From Macrostomum lignano (Eukaryota), in NCBI GenBank assembly GCA_002269645.1, contig NIVC01002405.1, positions 62,001 to 126,000 on the forward strand: a DNA stretch of 64,000 nt, read 5' to 3'. Under the pieces are notes generated by a model that made no database searches, was not told where the DNA came from, and worked only from the letters and a program-made list of their open reading frames with translations. How positions within the stretch are numbered: position 1 is the first letter of the stretch; every line of letters begins with the position of its first letter. Shown here piece by piece: positions 28,321-38,829 of the stretch. The translations under genes were made by a program, and so were the position numbers.

Positions 28321-30117
28321 ATTGTAGACATGACTCTGTCACCTAACAGTAGAAACCTTCATATCCTCTATATTTCACATTGTCAAACAATCAAATTAGC
28401 ATGCCATTTCGCAACTCCAAAATTTTATAAGACTTATGAAAGTGGTTAAGTTAAGAAAGTGGATTTCATAACTTAAGTCTTAATTTATGAAATCGATAAC
28501 TTAATAATACAATAAAACTTGGTGCTGTGGAATTTAGATCATATGAATATGAAAGTTTGGTCTTGTTAAACTTACAGTGTATTCAGTTTTTTTCGGTAAG
28601 CGATAAATTTTTATCAAAGCTGCCTCTTTAGAACCACGCGTCTGTCAAGGCAGTAAGTACATGTACAACATTTGGTCAGTTCACATAGCCACCGCGAAGG
28701 TCTCTGCACTTTTCCCCCAAGTCGTATTCCCAGAGAGTATTCCACGTATTCCAGTAGATAAAGACTCGATCCTTCTCCAGCAGTTGCGGGCGCTTCCTAC
28801 ACGGATGGCATGTCGAAATTTCTCCTGAAGCAGCCAGCAAGTACATGTAGTTGCTGTTGACAGCTGCACCACCTGGCACCGGCCCAGCAGGACGCCGCCT
28901 CGCACATCAAAGAAAATCACGTGCATGACATCCAGTCACTGCCTGCGGCCTCCCAGATAATTCGTTTGTCCTTCCCTGAACAACCAGCTAGAACCGCTTT
29001 CGCCCGTCGGATCAGATTGAGCCAAAAGTCCGTATACACCGGTTGCAGCCGCCTTGCAAACCATTTCTGGCGTCCGCTTGCTCTGCAGAAACTGGAACTT
29101 CATCACGACGCGCAGATCGGGATTCGTGAACGATTGCTGCATGGCCATCACAGACAGCTGGGAAGCATAGTGTGGAAGCATAGACGTCGGAACGTTTTAA
29201 AAAGAATTGGCGTGTTCCCCCATAGCTTTTACTGGGCTGGGGACATGTCCCCCTGTACCCTCGGTAAGCGACGCTCCTGCATAGAATTATCTTTTTTTAT
29301 GAAGTCCTCATCCACTAATTTAAGCACTCTATTTGGAGGAAAATATATTAAAAATTGCTAAAAAAAGTGGTGGGGACATGCCCCCCCCACGCCCCCCCCT
29401 CATTCTGACACCTATATGTGGAAGGAAGGCTATCCGTCTTATTGAGATGCATGTCTTAATTACATTAAAGGAAGCTTTCAATAGCCTATATTAGCCCTCG
29501 TTTTTTGTGGCGACGTTTCATTCGTGAAAAATTCTGTTTAAGCAACTAGAATTGTTATGCTAGTGAACCAAAAGCTGGAGCACAGTACTGGCTGATACTA
29601 AAAAACGGTCGACTTTATTCGTGTCATTTAAAAAAATATTGCCACATGCAAATCTAGTCTGTAGTCAAGCGCTCTATTGTCTGTACCCACGTACTGCAAT
29701 TTTCCGTTGCAAAAATGTCTTACTTTCTACTACGAGTAGAATAATTAGCTATTTGAAGCCTACCCGAAATTGCAATTCAAGTGTTAAGATCTGATTTCTA
29801 TTGAGTTTTCGAAACAATGAAAATAGTGGAAATTTTATTGCCAAAATGAATTAATCGATTAGACACAAAACAAGTCATACGGGACCATTGCAAACTTTTT
29901 GGGGTAGATTAGTTAGTTAATAATGTGCATAGAAGTAATGAATCTCTATAAACGGGATTGAGAAATACATGCTTGAGACTCACTATACTGTAAGTGTACA
30001 TCGGGCAATATGGCGTGTACGCAGTTAAAAAATTAAATGCATCAACGGCAACAGTGCGTACAAATATCAGACCCCTCCGAGCAAGATGCTGCAAAAGCAC
30101 CATGAAAATATGACAAC

Positions 30118-30139
30118 GAAAGCGAAAATTTTCGATTTC
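30118..30139. promoter_or_regulatory. Back-to-back inverted pair of IRF-E/ISRE-like cores upstream of UBL gene 1
   Basis: GAAAGCGAAAA|TTTTCGATTTC: two GAAANNGAAA cores forming a near-perfect 22-bp palindrome. Confidence 0.55.
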
Positions 30140-30235
30140 AAAATAACACCGCTTCTGGATCTGACTCAGATGCTCCAGAAATAGATTTTTTATTAATATC
30201 ATAGCGGGACTGCAAGGTGGGGCATGAGTCCAATT

Positions 30236-30244
30236 TTCTTGGAA
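30236..30244. promoter_or_regulatory. GAS/STAT-type site TTCTTGGAA upstream of UBL gene 1
   Basis: Matches TTCYNRGAA; 215 bp upstream of the TATA box. Confidence 0.45.
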
Positions 30245-30427
30245 AATCCAAGCAACATTCAGCAACTTGCTGACAGAGTACACGGTCTTATTGGCTCTCA
30301 GTCTGCGCTGTTCTCTGCTGTCCAATTCGCCCTCCGCACCCGTACCGACAGTCCGTGGGAGCCCCAGTCCCAAGGTCGGAATTGCTCGCTTATGATGAAA
30401 CCGCCGCGTCATGTCTAAAATTGGCGC

Positions 30428-30458
30428 CGAAATCGAAAACGGCGACAGTCTATATAAA
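30428..30458 (+). promoter_or_regulatory. IRF-E/ISRE-like 13-mer CGAAATCGAAAAC plus TATA box (TATATAAA) of UBL gene 1
   Basis: 13-mer at 30428-30440 is identical to 32856-32868; TATA at 30451-30458, 96 nt before the ATG. Confidence 0.65.
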
Positions 30459-30546
30459 CACGGCAAGGAAATGCCGTGGAAGAGCTAAGCGAGTGCAAGG
30501 CTTCAACTTCTAAAAATCTTGAGAAGGTCTGCTTTTTTAAGAAAAT

Positions 30547-31029
30547 ATGTCAGCAACGGACAATGCACAAAGGCAGCTCATCCGAAGGGCCATCGACAGC
30601 ATCGCTGATGGCAGCGCAGGCCAAGCCGCTCACTTGGAGCAGGAGCGGAGACGAGCTCTCGAGCTCCAGGCGGAGCTCCAAGCTGGCCCCCAGCTGCGTC
30701 CCGGCCTGCTGTCCGAGGCCGAGTCCGTGGCCGAGAACTACCTGCGGCAAGTCGGTCGGCTGGCCCCGAACGAGACTCTGATCGGCAACATGTCGGTCCG
30801 CGTGCACGGCACTGACGGGCGGCCGATCCAGGTGTCGGTGCCCCGCTGGGAAACCATGGAGTGGCTTCAGGAGCGGATCGGCGGCGGCGGCCTCATCATG
30901 AACGGTCGGCCAGTGGCCAAGGACAAGCCACTATTTGATCTTTGGCTGCGCAACCAGCTGGGCAGCCTGACGGTTGCCAATGGCAGCCAGCCCAGAGTGC
31001 AAAGCACGGTGCGCAACGCCGGCGGATGA
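30547..31029 (+). CDS. Ubiquitin-like protein 1 (160 aa): helical N-terminal extension + UBL domain ending in free GG
   Basis: Intronless GC-rich ORF. MSVRVHGTDGRPIQVSVPRWETMEWLQERI..LIMNGRPVAKDKPLFDLWL..VQSTVRNAGG* follows the ubiquitin beta-grasp pattern. A paralog lies at 33003. Confidence 0.85.
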   Translation: MSATDNAQRQLIRRAIDSIADGSAGQAAHLEQERRRALELQAELQAGPQLRPGLLSEAESVAENYLRQVGRLAPNETLIGNMSVRVHGTDGRPIQVSVPRWETMEWLQERIGGGGLIMNGRPVAKDKPLFDLWLRNQLGSLTVANGSQPRVQSTVRNAGG

Positions 31030-31372
31030 GCTTGGCTGGCCACTCGGTTAACTAATTTTTTTGCTTTACCCTTTTTTGCTAGTAGTCTTTATGGCAGCGG
31101 TGATTTTTAACTAACTGTATGGAAACATATTAAAGTCCCAAATGATCACGCGGGAAAAAAATCCGACTCATTTCCTGGAGCTTCTGAAACTTCACCTGGC
31201 TGCCGGAAGCATCCCATTTATATAGATTTAGATGAGTTTCGTGCATGTTTTTGTGTTGCTATGCGATGCTATTTTCGATAGCAAGACCTGAATACACGAG
31301 TTCATCTATATCTTATAAATGTACTTTAGCTAAGCTAACTGTAGCCTATGAGATCGGTTAGTAGCGGTCTGG

Positions 31373-31750
31373 GGGCGAGAGAGCAAGCTGGTCTGGCCCA
31401 GCTGAGCGGCAGCCCCCGGGGCGACGGCGACCAGGTGAAGACGGGGGGCTTCCGGGAACTTGCGTCGGAATTTATCCCATATTTGTCAAAAGCACCGCTG
31501 CTGTAAAACTGCATGCTGGCCCACACGGGGCCTTGATTGATTTTATGCTTGCTTATATACTCTATTTACTCTCGACTTTGTCCGTATGACAAACCAAAAA
31601 ACTCGCGCGTTAATTTTTCTAATTGAAATAATTTCGCTTCTCGATTTCTGCCGAATCAAAGCGGCCGACAAAAAGATTTTTTGACCCTCCTCGACGTCAC
31701 CCCGGGGGCTGCCGCTGGCAGCTGCGCCAGACCAGCTTGCTCTCTCGCCC
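31373..31750. repeat. ~58-bp GC-rich inverted repeat pair between the two UBL genes (MITE-like)
   Basis: 31373-31430 (GGGCGAGAGAGCAAGCTGGTCTGG..) is the reverse complement of 31691-31750 with few mismatches. No TSD found. Confidence 0.7.
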
Positions 31751-32467
31751 GCGATTTCTACTGTGATTTGCGGAACATCTACTGATTATAACAATATTTA
31801 AGTTCTATTTCTTATAATGGACTTATTCAAGAATTTAAACTTCTGCTTACGTACGAGTCGGGTTTACTGTAGAAGCTCGCCCGAAAATTCAATAAATAAC
31901 TTGTTATTATTTACTCATGAACTTTCTATTAATTACTAAATAATCAAAATCCCGACCACCAAATGCTTCAAACGACATGTGTGAAAATATACAGAAATTT
32001 TACTATAGTCCACCAAATAATAAAAATCCTAAGAAGTTAAAAAATTGTCTTTGACTCCCACGCGTTGTTAATCTTTTATTCCACATATTTAGTTGCTGAG
32101 CAGGAGGCATTTGGCTAACTTGGAAAATCCAACCTACAATAATTGTTTAACCTTCGGGGTGCTAAAAATAGAACGATTGGACTGCAGCTGCAACACTGCA
32201 TTAAGCCATGCAGCGTACACTTCTGCTTACTGCCTCCGGCCGTTACAAAACGCCTACAAGGTGAAAAATTTCAATATTTTAAACCATCCTCTAATCACTC
32301 AAAGAACAAATCCGGTAAAATAAACTTTTATTCGTCAGAGCTTGGCGCCTTCAGTTCGTGGTAGAATTGAATTTTTAAATCATTTATCTCATGAGGTCAG
32401 CCTTATACATGTAGAAAGGCTTGGATGCTGTACTCGTAGTCTCATGGATGCATTCTTGTAGATTCTA

Positions 32468-32628
32468 CACGCAGGCCACATGTCAGCCGCGAAGCCTCTC
32501 TATCCGGCCCTCGGGTCCTTCGAAACTTCAAAATAGCAATCCGGCCTGCTCAATCTTCTCAGCTCTCTTCTCATCCCTTTCTTCTCTCCTCCTATTCTGT
32601 CTCTTATCTCTTCTCTCATCTCTCAAGG
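32468..32628 (-). mobile_element. Fragment of the hAT/Charlie-like MITE family also at 47290 and 50609
   Basis: GGCCACATG..GCCGCGAAGCCTCTCTATCCGGCCCTCGGGTCC..GAAACTT..AATAGCAATC is the reverse complement of segment 50990-51070. Confidence 0.7.
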
Positions 32629-32708
32629 CCATTGATTATTTATCTGGCCCTTGAAGTGTAGAAGCTGAATATAGAAGTGAGGATTTTTACACAAATTTTT
32701 CGAACAGT

Positions 32709-32747
32709 TTCTAGGAAATTGTCGTTTTCCTAAAACATTTCTAGGAA
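32709..32747. promoter_or_regulatory. Tandem GAS/STAT-type sites TTCTAGGAA x2 upstream of UBL gene 2
   Basis: Sites at 32709-32717 and 32739-32747, 227 and 197 bp upstream of the TATA box. Confidence 0.5.
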
Positions 32748-32855
32748 ATAGCAAACGGCATCTCTCATCCAAAAATAGGCATAGGAGGGCTACGCACGTT
32801 CACATACTGACGAATTTTTTTAAAAAACTGACACCGTCACTGCTAAACTTAGCAT

Positions 32856-32942
32856 CGAAATCGAAAACTCTGACTCATCTAGAGCCGATTCGAACTTCGA
32901 CACACAGAGTCGCAGCAGCCCCGGAGACTGTCATCTATAAAA
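32856..32942 (+). promoter_or_regulatory. IRF-E/ISRE-like 13-mer CGAAATCGAAAAC plus TATA box (TATAAAA) of UBL gene 2
   Basis: 13-mer at 32856-32868; TATA at 32936-32942, 67 nt before the ATG. Confidence 0.65.
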
Positions 32943-33002
32943 GCAGCCAGCCACAATGGCTCGGCCCTGTAAAATCCACGGACTGCTCCAACAGATTGAG
33001 AC

Positions 33003-33506
33003 ATGGCCAGCCGACAGCAGAGCGAGCAACTCACCCGTAGAGCCATTGCCAGCGTAGCCGACGGCAGTGCCGCCAAAGGGCCTGCATCGGAGGCTGCTGA
33101 GAACGAGCGGAGACGAGCTCAGGACCTGCAGTCGGAGCTTCAGGCCGGAGGGCGACCGCGGCCCGGCCTGCTGTCGGAGGCGCAGTCCTTGGCCGAGTCC
33201 TACCTGCGACTGGTGGGCCGCCTCGCGCCCGGAGAGAGCCTGCCGGACGCCATGACTGTCAGGGTTCGCCGAGCTGACGGTCGGGAGTTCGAGGTCCACG
33301 CGGCCAGGTGGGAGACGGTCGGCCGACTCAAGGAGCTCATCAGGCAGTGGCAGGGCAACTTCGGGGGCCTCACCGTACGCGGTGGGGCGCTGAATGACGA
33401 CGCCCGGCTGTTGTATGACATGTGGCTGCGCGATGAACTGGGCAGCAGGACCAGCCCGAACCCGCCCCCTGTGCAGCTCATTGTGACGGGCAACTACGGC
33501 GGCTGA
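33003..33506 (+). CDS. Ubiquitin-like protein 2 (167 aa), paralog of 30547-31029, ending in free GG
   Basis: MTVRVRRADGREFEVHAARWETVGRLKELI..LTVRGGALNDDARLLYDMWL..VQLIVTGNYGG*. It shares RRAI.S.ADGSA, ERRRA..LQ.ELQAG, RPGLLSEA.S.AE.YLR.VGRLAP with paralog 1. Confidence 0.87.
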   Translation: MASRQQSEQLTRRAIASVADGSAAKGPASEAAENERRRAQDLQSELQAGGRPRPGLLSEAQSLAESYLRLVGRLAPGESLPDAMTVRVRRADGREFEVHAARWETVGRLKELIRQWQGNFGGLTVRGGALNDDARLLYDMWLRDELGSRTSPNPPPVQLIVTGNYGG

Positions 33507-35301
33507 ACTGTAAGAGTACAGTTTGAAAACAATCTCCAAATAATTAAGACTTGTTAAACTTTCTGTTTCTATCGACTTGCTCGGTTTTATTCGTAATCTA
33601 GCATAACCGTACTTGTAATAAAAGAGTGATATTTTATGGAGTGCTTATCTACATGTTTGAAAACGTTGTACATATTGAGATATTGCAAATTAAAATTCTT
33701 CCATTTCTTGTTTGTTGTTTGTTAAAATTTCGTTTATAATACTTACTAGTAGGCTGGTTGGAAAAAGGCTGGTAATATTTTGGCTACATGGCAAAATGCT
33801 ACTAACTAACTCTGGTTCTTACCGCGTAGGTAAATTCAGTCATCAGTAAGAGAATCGATTATGCAGTCGCAGTCCTCTCGCGGTTTTGGCTACTGGTTTA
33901 ATTCTGATCTATCTTAGCGGACTAACTGGTCTTTAATTTGTAGGTTGCTGCCCACCAGGTTCCTGAGATTCCCTAATCCTAGTGTTTAGCGATTAAAGAA
34001 TTGAGAAAGGAATCCAGGAGATTATTTTTTTGAAAGATTTATAACAAGAATTCAATAGGTGGATATATTAATATTAATCCCCTCAGGTGCAAACTCCCCA
34101 ACTCTCTGTCTATCCATTAACATTTTCCAAGCTAAAACTACTGATGTACTGTTTAAAGCATATCTACCCTAATAAAATTAACTTACGTGTACATTGAAAC
34201 TGCGGTAGGCCCGAATGTAAAAAGTAATATAAGTAATATTTACATAGGCCCGAAATGTAAAAAACCGAAATATCGCAAGCCCGAGATACGAGCTATCCGA
34301 ACTAATCAACTCCGAAAACGAAAATAGCGTTGGGCGCTGCTAACACTTTCAGGTTTGTGATATTTCGGGTTCGTGATGCCCCGACTTACGAGTATCGAGT
34401 ACGTGTGCATTTAAACTTAGGCGCCAGAGCAATGACCCAATCTTCGATGACCTGTCTCCATGTATGACCCGAAGGCAATCAAAAAGGCACACCAAACGCG
34501 GGAGGGTCGATTTAGGCGAAGTCATCAAGCAGGAGCGTCGAGTCCAATGATTCGTAGCCATCCCGTTGCAAGGCAGCCTGAACAACAAAGACCAGACCAT
34601 CTCACGCGATCCCAATAGCCTTTTTGCTGCGGATAAACAAACGATCAAAGAACTGCATTTGGCGGCCCCTAAAAGAGTCTAGACCCTCTAGGCATAGATT
34701 TTATTTATTGATGAGCTGCCCAAAAATACGGCCCCATTCCAATCTTTTCAAGCTTCTTTGATAGCCGCAATGTGGCTTTGAATTTTGAGTTGTCCATCCA
34801 TCTGCCACTTTTCCAGTTATCCAATTTAGCTGCATCCTTTGATACACCCATCGGAGACAATTCCTTTGGGAATGCAGCACATGCTGCGATCGCACGGTGT
34901 GCCCCACCACCTACTCAATCCGGGCTTGTATATAAATTTCATCCCCAAGAATCCTGAGCGATGGGATAAAAAATTCATCCGCTCTCTACAGCAGTGTAGC
35001 CGGTAAGCTACTAACAGTGACATGATTTCGATCAGCACACACTGAACTGCTGGACTTTTTCAAGAACCGTCATGCAGAGCAGAGATACTCCAAAAGCATT
35101 TGCCTGCCCGCATTAGCAGGCGCTCCACTAAGAATTTTTATGCTCCCTGATTTTAAGAGCAAATGCTCTCAGAGCCGACAGTCTAGCTATTGCAGTTAAT
35201 GCACGATTTAAGCCATTGAAGCAAGGTACCCAGCTGCTACACTTCATCATTTTAAAAACTGAGACTAGGCTAATTTTACATTATTAACCCGCAGCGCATA
35301 C

Positions 35302-36396
35302 ATGAATTCCTCCGCGGCCAACGACTCGACAGGCAACGGCGCAGCCGGCCAGTACACGCCGTGGTACTGGGACCCCAGCTGGAACTTTTTCGTTCGCCAC
35401 GTCTTCTCTTGGCTCTTCCCAGTCCTGGTATTGAGCGGCGGTTTTCTTAATGCCGCTTGTTTCATCGTCACGGCTGCCAATAGAAAGTCATTTCCTAGAA
35501 ACAGCCGGCTTTACATGCTGATGATTAGCGCCACCGATACTGTGATCCTTCTGGCCCAGGGCCCAATCTACTACTTGGAGATCACGACTATCCTAGTCAC
35601 GAATCCGCAGTCCTGGTATCGGCCGGTGCGCAGTCTGAGCGCTGTAGTGATGCGCATCTATTACATCCTCACTTACCTGTTGGTGTTCGGGGCTCCGTTT
35701 TTGCAGCTGGGCCTCACAGTCGACCGCGCCGTCGCTGTCTGTTTTCCGTTGAAGGCCAAGCAGCTGATGAATCGACGAAACAGCGCCATCTTGCTAGCCA
35801 TCGTTCTGCTCCTGACCGTGTCCTTCCCCGCCCTGACCATCTACCTGATTGAGTGGGATCCGGAGCTTCGAGACGTGAGTGTAGTCGATGATGATGCGTA
35901 TTACATATTTTACACGCAGTACGAGCTCTATGTTGGCCGCCTGATGCTGGCCGTCCTGCTGCTGCTGGGCACCACGCTGATCTGCGTCATGCTGCTGCGC
36001 AGCGCCCGCGGCCTCGGCGAGACGAACGACGGCGACGACAAGAGGAAGAGTCGCGCCATTCGGCTCAGCCTGGTGCTGGTCATTCTCAACGTCAACTTCC
36101 TGATGTTCACGCTCCCATGGAGCCTGCTCAGCGCCACTGAGACATTTGGGGCCTTGGACTGGATACCCCTCAAAGATCGGAATCGCATCTTTGAGTACCT
36201 GAACGCGCTACTGTTTATGAATAACGCCTTCAACTGGATGGCCTACTTCATGGGCCAGGGGTTCCGCGCCAACTTCGTGGCCACGTTCCGCCTCGACCGC
36301 TGCTTCGGCAACCCGGGCGGCGGCCGGGGCCGCGCGGGCTCCACCTACACAGGGAAAACTTCGACCGTTTCAGGGCCCGCCGTCACAGCTACCTGA
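35302..36396 (+). CDS. Class A (rhodopsin-like) GPCR, peptide-receptor-like, intronless, 364 aa
   Basis: Seven hydrophobic segments. Motifs: TM1 GGFLN, TM2 ISATD, TM3 DRAVAVCFPL, TM6 FLMFTLPW, TM7 NNAFNWMAY, and helix 8 FRANF. N-terminal sequons NSS and NDS. Confidence 0.93.
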   Translation: MNSSAANDSTGNGAAGQYTPWYWDPSWNFFVRHVFSWLFPVLVLSGGFLNAACFIVTAANRKSFPRNSRLYMLMISATDTVILLAQGPIYYLEITTILVTNPQSWYRPVRSLSAVVMRIYYILTYLLVFGAPFLQLGLTVDRAVAVCFPLKAKQLMNRRNSAILLAIVLLLTVSFPALTIYLIEWDPELRDVSVVDDDAYYIFYTQYELYVGRLMLAVLLLLGTTLICVMLLRSARGLGETNDGDDKRKSRAIRLSLVLVILNVNFLMFTLPWSLLSATETFGALDWIPLKDRNRIFEYLNALLFMNNAFNWMAYFMGQGFRANFVATFRLDRCFGNPGGGRGRAGSTYTGKTSTVSGPAVTAT

Positions 36397-37069
36397 GCTG
36401 CATGCTGAAGCTGACTGACGTTGAACAATATTTTGCCAGCTGACTATGCATCGCAAATATTACATTTCCCACTCGAAACGCAAAAAATCTGCAACTTCTC
36501 TGACGAATAAATATTAGAGAAGTGATACTCAACCAAATGCGTTTCGTACTACTCGTTAGACGGATATATTGCAAACAAAAAATAAAATAAAAAATTCATA
36601 ACTTCAATACCTCATGTCCAATGCGTTCTTTCATTTCGTTTCAAGCGCAAATCTTAGAACACACAACAGACTTTTGATGGCTTAGCCTTTCAGAGATTCA
36701 CGTTTAGCAGAAATCGGAAGGAAGCAAGCAAAAGCATGAGGCAAAATATCTACCATCTTTCGCAGTGACAAAGACTTCAAACTTTTGTGACTTGACTTCT
36801 TGTGTCAAAAATAAAACCCCTCAGTGCAAGCGCAATCATCATTTATCAGTGGAAAATAATAAATTTTGATAGACTCCCGAATCATAACGAAAGAACGAAG
36901 CATTGATGGCTCTTGTCCCCTTTAGTCGCAACATAAAACTCCTGCATTATACTGGCTAACTCGTTTTATTGGTTTGCACTGCGGCCCGGGGACAATTGTT
37001 TTCGAAACTCCTGAACCCATTGGCTCCACATCCCAGCGGGCTGTGAGCTGATGTTAATGCTCCATTCTC

Positions 37070-38170
37070 CTTGTCCCCCCTGTGCCCTCTGTCCCCCCTG
37101 TGCCCTCTGTGTCCCCCTGTGCCCTCTGTCCCCCCTGTGCCCTCTGTGTCCCCCTGTGCCCTCTGTCCCCCCTGTGCCCTCTGTCCCCCCTGTGCCCTCT
37201 GTCCCCCCTGTGCCCTCTGTGTCCCCCCTGTGCCCTCTGTGTCCCTGTGCCCTCTGTCCCCCTGTGCCCTCTGTGTCCCCCTGTGCCCTCTGTGTCCCCC
37301 TGTGCCCTCTGTGTCCCCCTGTGCCCTCTGTGTCCCTGTGCCCTCTGTCCCCCCTGTGCCCTCTGTGTCCCGCTGTGCCCTCTGTGTCCCGCTGTGCCCT
37401 CTGTGTCCCCCTGTGCCCTCTGTGTCCCCCCTGTGCCCTCTGTGTCCCCTGTGCCCTCAGTGTACCCTAGCTGTGCCCTCTGTCCCCCCTGTGCCCTCTG
37501 TCCCCCTGTGCCCTCTGTGTCCCCTGTGCCCTCTGTGTCCCCCTGTGCCCTCTGTGTCCCCCTGTGCCCTCTGTCCCCCTGTGCCCTCTGTCCCCCTGTG
37601 CCCTCTGTGTCCCCCTGTGCCCTCTGTGTCCCCTGTGCCCTCTGTCCCCTGTGCCCTCTGTCCCCCCTGTGCCCTCTGTGTTCCCTAGCTGTGCCCTCTG
37701 TCCCCCCTGTGCCCTCTGTCCCCCTGTGCCCTCTGTGTCCCCCTGTGCCCTCTGTGTCCCCCTGTGCCCTCTGTCCCCCTGTGCCCTCTGTCCCCCCTGT
37801 GCCCTCTGTGTACCCTAGCTGTGCCCTCTGTCCCCCCTGTGCCCTCTGTCCCCCTGTGCCCTCTGTGTCCCCCTGTGCCCTCTGTGTCCCCCTGTGCCCT
37901 CTGTCCCCCTGTGCCCTCTGTGTCCCCCTGTGCCCTCTGTGTCCCCCTGTGCCCTCTGTGTCCCCCTGTGCCCTCTGTCCCCCCTGTGCCCTCTGTGTCC
38001 CCCTGTGCCCTCTGTGTCCCCCTGTGCCCTCTGTCCCCCCTGTGCCCTCTGTGTCCCCCTGTGCCCTCTGTCCCCCTGTGCCCTCTGTCCCCCCTGTGCC
38101 CTCTGTGTCCCCCTGTGCCCTCTGTCCCCCCTGTGCCCTCTGTCCACCTGTGCCCTCTGTCCCCCTGTCC
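37070..38170. repeat. ~16-19-bp minisatellite (CTGTGCCCTCTGTGTCCCC variants)
   Basis: Long tandem array; source of the PLCP/VPSV ORFs. Confidence 0.97.
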
Positions 38171-38829
38171 CCCTACTTACCCTCAGTTCCCTCTTTACCC
38201 TCTTTACCCTCCTTCGCTCCTCCTCTCTCAAACAATTTCAATTTTCCATCGTTTTGAAACTTGAAGCAAACGGTTAACGGCAAATCGGTTAGAGTGAAAA
38301 GGCTCATAATATTCGGTTTTAGAGCTGTTTCAGTTTGCACGAGACAAAACCAGATAAAAAAGGATGTTTACGGGCTAAAATTAAAGTTCAAGCTGGCTTT
38401 GTTTTGACGCGGACCAACCCCTCCCTACTCTCCGCCAGACTGGCGGACAGGCGGATCACGTGGCCTCGGCCATAGGTGGCCACACTGGGAAATATTCGCA
38501 ACAAAGCTATTAAAATTGTGTAGTCAAGAGATAAGAGCCGACTCCCAGATAAGGAGAATTAAAACTACCAGCGTATTTCGCATTAAGCTTCGCTCCAGAC
38601 CACACAAGTTGAATTTTGAGCTTCTGCCTGAGCCTGCCGGTGAATGCAAGAATGTGGGAGTGGGAGACAAGAGGCTGAGCTCAGCTCCTTGATCATTTCT
38701 GTCTGATGGCGTCCATACTTATTTGGGGCGCATTTAGTGCGGTCGTCTGGCGGGAACTCTGACCAATGAGACATTTAAGGTGAAGATAGAATAATACATT
38801 TTCAGGATACAAACAGGGAGAGAAGCTAG

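Noticed and set aside
28676-29361. Cluster of short ORFs in a GC-richer patch
   Set aside because: No recognisable domain, no consistent splice structure, and overlapping ORFs on both strands.
29909-30466. 185-aa minus-strand ORF upstream of UBL gene 1
   Set aside because: AT-rich and non-coding-like, with no domain; it overlaps the promoter elements of the UBL gene.
34349-35040. Protein-like minus-strand fragments (KLDNWKSGRWMDN..., FRGRQMQFFDRLF...)
   Set aside because: They need several stops and frameshifts and I recognise no family motif. Possibly a decayed element; a tblastx search would be needed.
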